A stretch of DNA of 64,000 bases, from assembly GCA_017469685.1 (NCBI GenBank), contig JAFUFW010000055.1:40044-104043 (forward strand), written 5' to 3'. Positions 20,505 to 30,122 of this stretch are shown piece after piece; within the stretch, counting starts at the first letter, position 1; each line of letters starts with the position of its first letter. Below the pieces are notes generated by a model. That model ran no database searches. It was given only the letters and a program-made list of their open reading frames with translations, and was not told the origin of the DNA. Origin of the DNA: Bacteroidaceae bacterium (GTDB lineage: Bacteria > Bacteroidota > Bacteroidia > Bacteroidales > Bacteroidaceae). The position numbers and the translations under genes were made by a program.

Positions 20505-20921
20505 TCATTTTGGTTCTCCTTTCGGCTCTGATATGTAGTTGCGGATTTTGTTGATGAGTTGGCGAGTTGGGTCGATGTATGGAGTGAGCTTTTCCTCGTC
20601 TGCTTCAAAGAAACAATTGTAATCTGCATTGTCTCGCATAATAACCAAATCAGAAAGCAAGGAACCATCGCGACGCTCAAAGATACCAGTACGCACATAA
20701 TGCTCTCCAAACAAAGCCATTATACCTCGATGGCTTTTAACATTATGGCCGTCATGTATAAGAAGCGCAGATGTTGCATGGAAAAGTGCGTAGTAAAGAC
20801 GATTGGCTGCTGCTTCCCATTTACCTTCTCTTGCACAGAAATCCATATCATCGAATGTCCTTTGGGCTTTCTCAAGCTCGCGGCTGACAACTATCCGGCG
20901 TTCGCTTTCACTTAGACTCAT
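20505..20921 (-). CDS. HEPN-domain protein (toxin of a HEPN/MNT pair)
   Basis: 138 aa with helical HEPN-like sequence including LYYALFHATSALL and the C-terminal MRDNADYN motif region. It overlaps the upstream MNT gene by 4 nt. Confidence 0.8.
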   Translation of the reverse strand: MSLSESERRIVVSRELEKAQRTFDDMDFCAREGKWEAAANRLYYALFHATSALLIHDGHNVKSHRGIMALFGEHYVRTGIFERRDGSLLSDLVIMRDNADYNCFFEADEEKLTPYIDPTRQLINKIRNYISEPKGEPK

Positions 20922-21235
20922 AGCAAAACTTGTTTATCTTCTTCCACATTATAGAAGAATGGGGAATGGGGGCCATTGTACCAGTCATCTTTGGTGTAAG
21001 CATGTGGGCGTATATCTTCTCCGATATTCCAACCCATTTCTACAAACGGATAAGAATAACGGTCGAAGTCTTCGAAGTCCAATCGAGCCTTGTCGAGCAG
21101 CAAAAGCAAATCCCAATCAGAGTCTTTGTGGTGGTCTCCACGCGCACGAGAACCATATAAGTATAAACTACTTCCACGTGGCAACACCTTGGCTGCCACC
21201 TGCTTTATATTGTCTATGACCTGTAAGTTCTCCAT
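20918..21235 (-). CDS. minimal nucleotidyltransferase (MNT antitoxin partner)
   Basis: LYLYGSRARGDHHKDSDWDLLLLL matches the GSxxxG...DxD signature of the pol-beta NTase fold. The protein is 105 aa. Confidence 0.85.
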   Translation of the reverse strand: MENLQVIDNIKQVAAKVLPRGSSLYLYGSRARGDHHKDSDWDLLLLLDKARLDFEDFDRYSYPFVEMGWNIGEDIRPHAYTKDDWYNGPHSPFFYNVEEDKQVLL

Positions 21236-21257
21236 CGTCTACCGCTTTATCTGTCTG

Positions 21258-21265
21258 CAAATATA
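21258..21265 (-). promoter_or_regulatory. -7 promoter box (TATATTTG) for the MNT-HEPN operon
   Basis: The minus strand reads tatatttgcag, about 23 nt upstream of the MNT start. Confidence 0.45.
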
Positions 21266-21397
21266 TGGAAGAACTTCGATACAGACAAAAAAAAAGCCTT
21301 ATTTCTCTAAATCAAAATGTTTTTTACCAGTTTCAGAGAAATAAACGAAAGAATAATGGGACATAATGGCGATGAAATATGACTTCGACGACGACGA

Positions 21398-21454
21398 CGT
21401 TAACCATGACGATTCCATGACCATCGCCGACGTGACCGCCCTCGTGAACATCAT
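21398..21454 (+). repeat. 57-bp direct repeat, copy 2
   Basis: cgttaaccatgacgattccatgaccatcgccgacgtgaccgccctcgtgaacatcat lies in a short ORF MAMKYDFDDDDVNHDDSMTIADVTALVNII that starts at 21367. Confidence 0.85.
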
Positions 21455-21560
21455 TCAAAGTTTTTTTCTTCATTTTTCCCTCAATCCCTCAAACCTGTTG
21501 ATTCTCGGGTCGTTAAGGCTGAGGGAAGGCTGAGAATTTGCATAAATGTATTATTTGACA

Positions 21561-21568
21561 TATCTTTG
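21561..21568 (+). promoter_or_regulatory. -7 promoter box (TATCTTTG)
   Basis: tatctttgcag lies about 70 nt upstream of the ATG at 21638. Confidence 0.4.
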
Positions 21569-21637
21569 CAGCCGAAAAACAACAGGGCGTTGACACGACG
21601 TCCAATTTCTTAACCTTTTATCTATTATAATTCATCT

Positions 21638-22078
21638 ATGGAAAACAACATTTTCTCCAAAATGCCCGTCAACTGGACGGTGTGCATGCAGGCCGACTGC
21701 CCTCTGCACGGGGGGTGTCTGCGCTATCAAGCCTTCGAACACATCAAGACGCTCTACTCGCGACAGAGCTGCGTGCTGCCATCGGCGCGTGACGAGAAGG
21801 GATGCCGCTACCACATCCCCTTCGTCAAAGTGCAGGTGGCGTGGGGGATGCGCGAGTTGCTCTCCGACATCAAGAAGAGCGATGCCAGGCAGATGCGAGC
21901 ACACATCAAGGCGCTCTTCCGCAGCCATTCCACCTACTACCGCTACTACAACGGCCACTACTCCATCTCTCCACGACAGCAGCAGGCTATCCGCCGCATC
22001 TTCAAGAGCTTTGGCTACGACCCCGACTGCGTTCGCTTCGACCGAGTCGAGCGGAACTACTTCTTTCCTCAATCGTAG
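21638..22078 (+). CDS. Cys-rich hypothetical protein
   Basis: 146-aa ORF with an N-terminal CMQADCPLHGGC...SC...GC cluster and a basic C-terminal half. I recognise no family. Confidence 0.5.
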   Translation: MENNIFSKMPVNWTVCMQADCPLHGGCLRYQAFEHIKTLYSRQSCVLPSARDEKGCRYHIPFVKVQVAWGMRELLSDIKKSDARQMRAHIKALFRSHSTYYRYYNGHYSISPRQQQAIRRIFKSFGYDPDCVRFDRVERNYFFPQS

Positions 22079-22085
22079 TCCCTCA

Positions 22086-22283
22086 CACCTATAGGAGTAT
22101 CGCCGGGTTCCACTGGTGGAACTCGTCAATTCAATCAATGGAACTCGACAATTCCATCAATGGAACTCGCCAACACTCCTATATCTTATACCTCATCCAT
22201 TCATAACCTTTTAATCTCACAACCTTATATCTTTATAACCTTTTAATCTCACAACTTTATAACCTTTTAACCTTAATTCATTT
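22086..22283 (+). promoter_or_regulatory. iteron-like repeat array
   Basis: TGGAACTCG occurs at 22117, 22139 and 22160. These copies are bracketed by the 9-bp inverted repeat tataggagt (22090-22098) / actcctata (22175-22183). Further on, ataaccttttaatctcacaac occurs at 22203-22223 and 22235-22255, with a partial third copy at 22259-22272. Confidence 0.6.
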
Positions 22284-23462
22284 ATGAAAGCACAAGACAC
22301 TAACGTTTTCGACATGATTCACAATGAATTGCGCGAAGTATTCCAGTTCCGCTACAACACCATCATGGGCTACACAGAGTACATGTCACCCTGCGCCGAG
22401 CCCGCCAACTGGACGCCCGTGACGCCTCGCGAACTGAACACATTGACCAACTACCTCATCGGCGCCGGCCTGCACGTATGGGATCGCGACGTTCGACGCT
22501 ACATCAACTCGCGCGATGTGCCCGACCACAACCCCGTGCAGGATTACCTCAAGAAGCTGGAAGGAAGCTGGGACGGGCGCGACCGCATCCGTACCCTCGC
22601 CCGCTGCGTGCCCACCGACAGTCCCCGCCAGTGGACGTCGTGGTTTCATCGGTGGTTCCTGGCTATGGTGGCACAGTGGCAGGGGCACAACGGCCTCTAC
22701 GGCAATGCCATCGTGCCACTGCTGATCTCGCCTCAAGGCATGCGCAAGAGCACTTTCTGCCGTTCGCTGCTGCCTCCCGAACTGCGCTCCTGGGGCTATA
22801 GCGACAACCTGTCGCTGAAGGACGAGCGCAAAGTGCATCTGGCCATGAGCCAGCTGTTGCTCATCAACCTCGACGAGTTCAACAGCATCTCGGCACATAA
22901 GCAGTCGGGCATGCTGAAGAACCTCGTTCAGCTGCCTACGGTCATGATCCAGCGTCCGTATGCGCGCCACATCGAGGAAGCACCCCGCATGGCCTCCTTC
23001 ATAGCCACCACCAATATGTCGCAGGTGCTGACCGACCTCTCAGGCTCGCGTCGCTTCATCGGCGTACAGCTCACAGGGCCCATCCGCATCCCCCGTCGCA
23101 TCGACTACGAACAGCTCTATGCCCAGGCCGTCGATGAGCTCAACCGCGGCGTCCGTTTCTGGTTCACCGATGCTGAGACGAAGCGCGTGATGGAGCACAA
23201 CCGCCGTTTCCAGATGCCTACGGATGCCGGGGCCTACTTCCTCGAACATTTCTGTCTTCCCTCCGGCAAGGGCGACGGAGAGTGGCTCTCAGCCGCTGCC
23301 ATCATCGAGCACATCAAGGCGTGTGCCCGCTCTTCCTTCCAAGCCCCCAGCGTAACGAAGATGGGCCATATCCTCAGCCACATCCCCGGCCTCGAACATC
23401 GCCACACGGCCTACGGCGAGCGCTATCACGTCTGCCGCCGAAGCAATCCCATCGCGGCATAG
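22284..23462 (+). CDS. VapE/VirE-family (virulence-associated protein E-like) P-loop NTPase with a DUF3874-like tail
   Basis: NPVQDYLKKLEGSWDGRDRI, LLISPQGMRKSTFCRSLLP, LLLINLDEFN and SFIATTNMSQVLTDLSGSRRF match the PF05272-type layout as I remember it. Confidence 0.7.
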   Translation: MKAQDTNVFDMIHNELREVFQFRYNTIMGYTEYMSPCAEPANWTPVTPRELNTLTNYLIGAGLHVWDRDVRRYINSRDVPDHNPVQDYLKKLEGSWDGRDRIRTLARCVPTDSPRQWTSWFHRWFLAMVAQWQGHNGLYGNAIVPLLISPQGMRKSTFCRSLLPPELRSWGYSDNLSLKDERKVHLAMSQLLLINLDEFNSISAHKQSGMLKNLVQLPTVMIQRPYARHIEEAPRMASFIATTNMSQVLTDLSGSRRFIGVQLTGPIRIPRRIDYEQLYAQAVDELNRGVRFWFTDAETKRVMEHNRRFQMPTDAGAYFLEHFCLPSGKGDGEWLSAAAIIEHIKACARSSFQAPSVTKMGHILSHIPGLEHRHTAYGERYHVCRRSNPIAA

Positions 23463-23479
23463 CCCGCTGAGCCTTTTGC

Positions 23480-23562
23480 GCCTCCATTTCCCTCATTCCC
23501 TCAGCTTTCCCTCAGCCTTAATCGACTGACAACCAACAAGTATGAGGAAATGAGGCTTTTTT
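23480..23562 (+). terminator. long hairpin plus T-tract after the VapE-like gene
   Basis: gcctccatttccctcat pairs with atgaggaaatgaggc (two bulges) and is followed by tttttt. The large loop carries the right inverted-repeat arm. Confidence 0.35.
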
Positions 23563-23775
23563 CTGCAAAAAAATAAAAAACATGCTGGGCACTTGGCTGG
23601 GCCTGGAGAATCAAGTTTTGTGTCAGCCATTTCTGCATTTTCAATTACGTTGCAAATGTTCCAAAAACATTGCTGAATGTCTCAACCAGTGCAAAAACAT
23701 TCTTTTTTCTTCTGCCATTTGTTTTCTTTTATCTAATTTTACCGCCGAAATCAACATTATTACAGCTCTACAGCT

Positions 23776-24237
23776 ATGAAAAAGAGATTGCTGTTTATCT
23801 TATTGTTTGGCTTCTGCGCTGCGGTGTCGGCTCAGAAGGTGTATCGAGGCATCTCGCCCTACGCGTCGGACGTCATCTGCACCATCGACAAGGGTAAGGT
23901 CTTCAAGGGCAACTCTTCGTTTGCGTCAGACATCATCGTACGATTCGACGGCACAAGCCTGTACCGTGGCAACAGCCCTTACTCGAGTGACATCATCATG
24001 ACCTGGCGCGACGGCAAAATCTACCGAGGCACGTCGTCATACAGTTCCGATGTCCTGGCCACCTGGCGCGACGGCAAGCTCTACAGCGGTACGTCGCCAT
24101 ACCAGTCAGATGTACTGCTCACATACAAGGAGAATAAAGTCTATCGCCAGAACAGCCCTTACCAGAGCGATGTGCTGATGACAACATCTGCCTACGTCCA
24201 CCCTATAATCCTATTCCTCATAAGCCTCACCCCCTGA
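23776..24237 (+). CDS. secreted protein made of six tandem 20-aa repeats
   Basis: Signal peptide MKKRLLFILLFGFCAAVSAQ is followed by 6 repeats of the form K-h-Y-R-G-x-S-x-Y-x-S-D-h-h-x-T-x-x-D-G. The underlying 60-bp DNA repeats are clearest at 24001-24120. Confidence 0.7.
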   Translation: MKKRLLFILLFGFCAAVSAQKVYRGISPYASDVICTIDKGKVFKGNSSFASDIIVRFDGTSLYRGNSPYSSDIIMTWRDGKIYRGTSSYSSDVLATWRDGKLYSGTSPYQSDVLLTYKENKVYRQNSPYQSDVLMTTSAYVHPIILFLISLTP

Positions 24238-24327
24238 CCCCTCTCCACAAGGATAGGGGGAAGCCGGAATGAAAAGGATTGAAGAAGGATAATTGAAAGA
24301 TGGTAATATTGATAATAATAATTTAAA

Positions 24328-26979
24328 ATGAGACAGAAAGATTTCTTTGGACAGAGCCATTGGGCCACGATAGTAGCTTTGCTCTGCTTGTTTACATTAA
24401 GTTTCTGTGCCAAGAGTAAGGCACAGACCTATCCTTACCAGAACCCTGAGCTGAGCGCTCACGAGCGCGCCGTTGACCTCTGCTCACGCCTGACGCTTGA
24501 GGAGAAGGCACTGCTGATGCTCGACGAGAGCCCGGCCATTCCACGCATGGGCATAAAGAAGTTCTTCTGGTGGAGCGAGGCCCTGCACGGAGCTGCCAAC
24601 CAAGGCAACGTGACGGTGTACCCTGAACCCGTGGGTATGGCTGCTTCGTTCAACCCCGACATGGTATATAAAGTGTTTGACGTGGCGAGCACCGAGTTTC
24701 GTGCTCAATACAACAAGCGTATGCACCAGGACGGTGGCGAGGACGAGAAGTTCCACAGCCTCTCGGTGTGGACACCGAACGTGAACATCTTCCGCGACCC
24801 TCGCTGGGGACGCGGACAAGAGACCTACGGCGAGGATCCATACCTGACCTCAGTCATGGGCACACAGGTGGTGCGCGGTCTGCAAGGCCCTGAGACATCG
24901 AAGTACCGCAAGCTGTGGGCCTGCGCCAAGCACTACGCCGTGCACAGCGGTCCCGAGTACACCCGCCATACAGCCAACCTCAACGACGTGAGCCTGCGCG
25001 ACCTCTATGAGACCTATCTGCCGGCGTTCAAGACCCTGGTTGAGGATGCCAAGGTGCGCGAGGTGATGTGCGCCTACCAGCGCCTCGATGACGAGCCCTG
25101 CTGCGGCAGCACACGCCTGTTGCAACAGATTCTGCGCGACGACTGGGGCTTCAAGTACCTTGTAGTGAGCGACTGCGGAGCCATCAGCGACTTCCACCGC
25201 AACCACAAGACCAGCTCCGATGCCGTGCATGCAGCGAAGGTAGGCGCGTTGGCCGGCACCGACGTGGAATGCGGCTGGGAGTATGTATATCATAGTATCC
25301 CTGAAGCCGTGCGCCGCGGTCTGCTGACAGAGGCTGATGTGGACAAGCACGTGGTGCGTCTGCTGGAAGGCCGCTTCGACCTTGGCGAGATGGATGCTCC
25401 CGAGCTTGTGGAATGGTCGAAGATTCCCTACTCTGCCATGTCAACCAAGGAAAGCGCACAGAAGGCACTCGACATGGCACGCCAGTCGATAGTGCTGCTG
25501 CAGAACAAAGGCGACGTGCTGCCTCTGCGGGCTGGCAAGGAGCGCATCGCCGTCATCGGCCCTAACGCCGACAATACGTCTATGATGTGGGGCAACTACA
25601 ACGGCACGCCCAATCACACAGTCACTATCCTCGACGGAGTACTCAAGAAGCAGAGAAATGCAAAGTACCTGAAAGGCTGCGACCTGACAAATACGCTTGT
25701 CATGGACAGCCGTTTGGCCACCGAATGTGCCGCCGGCGGCAAGCGTGGCCTGCGTGGCACCTTCTGGAACAATACACAGCGCGAGGGCAAGGCCGTGACG
25801 ACGCAATACTATACAACACCCGTGGCCGTAACCACGGCAGGCATGCACAACTTCGCCCCCGGCGTAGCCATTGAGGATTTCTCGGCTACGTATGAGACAA
25901 CGTTCACGCCGAAGGCGGCTGGCGAGTATGTCGTCAACGTAGAGGGAACGGGCCACTATGAGGTCTACGTCGACGGTGAGCGCAAGCAACGCATTCACTC
26001 ATGGCGAACAACGCCCACCCGCACGGCTATCCAAGCTGAAGCCGGACACGCCTACAAGATTGAGGTGCGCTATGAGTTCGTCAAGACGTGGGGTGCCGAC
26101 ATAAAGATTGACGTGGCCAAGGAGCAGCCCATCGACTACGATGCCATCATCGCACAGCTGAAGGGCATAGAGAAGGTCGTGTTTGTAGGTGGTATCTCTC
26201 CAGCTCTCGAGGGCGAGGAGATGCCTGTTAACATCGACGGCTTCAAGGGCGGCGACCGCACCAGCATCGAGTTGCCTGCAGTGCAGCGCAATTTCCTGAA
26301 AGCGCTGAAGGCAGCCGGTAAGACGGTGGTCTTCGTCAACTGCTCGGGCTCGGCCATTGCGCTGACGCCAGAGACTGAGAGCTGCGACGCTATCGTGCAG
26401 GCATGGTATGCAGGGCAGGAAGGCGGCACGGCCGTAGCCGACGTACTTTTCGGCGCAATGAATCCATCGGGGAAGCTGCCCGTAACCTTCTACCGCACTA
26501 CGGAACAGTTGCCCGACTACGAGGACTATTCGATGCGAGGCCGCACCTACCGCTACTTTGACGATCCCCTCTTCGCTTTCGGCTATGGACTCAGCTATAC
26601 TACGTTCGAGCTCGGAACGGCTACTGTCAAGCAGTCAAGTGACAACAAATTAGCCATGAAGGACCTCGAAGGCAACGGGGTAGCGCTTTCCGTGGACCTA
26701 AGCAACACCGGAAAGCGCGATGGCGCAGAGGTTGTCCAGCTCTACGTTCGCGACCTCGATGATACTGAAGGCCCCCTGCGCTCGCTGCGCGGCTTCAAGC
26801 GCGTTGACGTCAAGGCCGGCAAGAGTGTAAGTGTAGAGTTGCAACTCACTGCAAAGACTTTCGAACTCTTCGACCCGCAGACCAACACCGTCCACTCGCA
26901 TCCAGGACGCTACGAGCTGCTCTATGGCACCAGCTCGCGAGCCGGGGATCTGAAGAGCATGACTATAACGCTCGAATAG
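24328..26979 (+). CDS. GH3 beta-glucosidase/beta-xylosidase-type hydrolase with a PA14-like insertion
   Basis: Motifs FRDPRWGRGQETYGEDP, KHYAVHSGPE and LVVSDCGAI (nucleophile Asp region). The PA14-like segment is LRGTFWNN...YKIEVRYEF, followed by a C-terminal Fn3-like domain. Confidence 0.88.
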   Translation: MRQKDFFGQSHWATIVALLCLFTLSFCAKSKAQTYPYQNPELSAHERAVDLCSRLTLEEKALLMLDESPAIPRMGIKKFFWWSEALHGAANQGNVTVYPEPVGMAASFNPDMVYKVFDVASTEFRAQYNKRMHQDGGEDEKFHSLSVWTPNVNIFRDPRWGRGQETYGEDPYLTSVMGTQVVRGLQGPETSKYRKLWACAKHYAVHSGPEYTRHTANLNDVSLRDLYETYLPAFKTLVEDAKVREVMCAYQRLDDEPCCGSTRLLQQILRDDWGFKYLVVSDCGAISDFHRNHKTSSDAVHAAKVGALAGTDVECGWEYVYHSIPEAVRRGLLTEADVDKHVVRLLEGRFDLGEMDAPELVEWSKIPYSAMSTKESAQKALDMARQSIVLLQNKGDVLPLRAGKERIAVIGPNADNTSMMWGNYNGTPNHTVTILDGVLKKQRNAKYLKGCDLTNTLVMDSRLATECAAGGKRGLRGTFWNNTQREGKAVTTQYYTTPVAVTTAGMHNFAPGVAIEDFSATYETTFTPKAAGEYVVNVEGTGHYEVYVDGERKQRIHSWRTTPTRTAIQAEAGHAYKIEVRYEFVKTWGADIKIDVAKEQPIDYDAIIAQLKGIEKVVFVGGISPALEGEEMPVNIDGFKGGDRTSIELPAVQRNFLKALKAAGKTVVFVNCSGSAIALTPETESCDAIVQAWYAGQEGGTAVADVLFGAMNPSGKLPVTFYRTTEQLPDYEDYSMRGRTYRYFDDPLFAFGYGLSYTTFELGTATVKQSSDNKLAMKDLEGNGVALSVDLSNTGKRDGAEVVQLYVRDLDDTEGPLRSLRGFKRVDVKAGKSVSVELQLTAKTFELFDPQTNTVHSHPGRYELLYGTSSRAGDLKSMTITLE

Positions 26980-26993
26980 CCCCCGGCGACTTC

Positions 26994-27872
26994 TCACTCT
27001 ACAGGCGTCACTGCCATGGGTACGAGAATGGCAGCGTGGGCAGCACGCTGGGCCGTGAGGGCTTGGTCGAGCGTGACGCCCTTTGGGCGCGCCTTCAGGC
27101 CTACGGGATTGATGCCTGTGAGGGCTTCAAGCCATGTGCATGCGGCAATGTAGCGCCCTATTGTGTAGTTCAGATGAAAGCCGTCGCGAGTGAGTTCGCG
27201 GTTCACGGGCTGCCCTTCATCGACATTCGGAATGACGAGCGACGAGGTGCGGGCATTCTGGATGGCTGTGCCTGTGGGTATGTAGAACGTGAGTTCGGCC
27301 TGATGAAGTTCCATGGCATCCTCCACGGCGGCTACTATGTTGGCATACATACGAAACTGGTTGCGGTTGTAGTTGCGGAAGCCGCCGTGGTCGGAGTCCT
27401 GAGCATAAGCCCAAGTCTGATGGAAGCCCAGGCGCACAGAGTCAGAGAGTGCAAGCGCCTTGACGTAACCTATCAACATGCTCAGCGATGGCTCATAGCT
27501 CGACTCGCGTCCTGCTTCCTGACTGACTTGCTGGAAGGTGATGACGTCCCAGGGCTCGTCCATGACAATGTCGCGAATCGAGTGCTTGCCCAAGTTCGTC
27601 CGCTTGCCGTCGACCACCTTGCGGTAATCAGTAGCGGCGGCGCGCGTAGAGGCATCTTTCCAGTGTGCTGCCAGGCTCCAACCGCCACGGCAGGCGTTGC
27701 CGATGACGAGGTTCACGCCCGCTTCGCGCCCGAGTTCATAAAGGTATTGCTCCACGGCATCCTCTGAGAACGAGTTGCCTATGGCCAGCACACGCAGCGT
27801 AGGCATGTTCTGACCCGCTATGCCCGTAGCCAACAGGCACAGGACAAGCAAGATAGTGTATCGCGCTTTCAT
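26994..27872 (-). CDS. DUF4886-type SGNH-like hydrolase family protein
   Basis: Signal peptide, then LRVLAIGNSFSEDA (GDSL-like block I) and RDGFHL near the C-terminus. Confidence 0.7.
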   Translation of the reverse strand: MKARYTILLVLCLLATGIAGQNMPTLRVLAIGNSFSEDAVEQYLYELGREAGVNLVIGNACRGGWSLAAHWKDASTRAAATDYRKVVDGKRTNLGKHSIRDIVMDEPWDVITFQQVSQEAGRESSYEPSLSMLIGYVKALALSDSVRLGFHQTWAYAQDSDHGGFRNYNRNQFRMYANIVAAVEDAMELHQAELTFYIPTGTAIQNARTSSLVIPNVDEGQPVNRELTRDGFHLNYTIGRYIAACTWLEALTGINPVGLKARPKGVTLDQALTAQRAAHAAILVPMAVTPVE

Positions 27873-27889
27873 TCTTTACGACTTCTTTG

Positions 27890-30082
<2,193 letters not shown>

Positions 30083-30122
30083 AGGTAGATTGAATATTGA
30101 GATTGAATATTTGGATTTGAAG

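Noticed and set aside
23582-23779. 65-aa ORF in the intergenic region before the repeat protein.
   Set aside because: It is AT-rich and low-complexity, has no recognisable motif, and overlaps the downstream start. It is probably promoter or leader DNA.
23836-24195. Regular 60-bp periodic repeats that could superficially suggest a CRISPR-like or VNTR array.
   Set aside because: The repeats are contiguous with no spacers, are in frame, and encode the 20-aa protein repeat.
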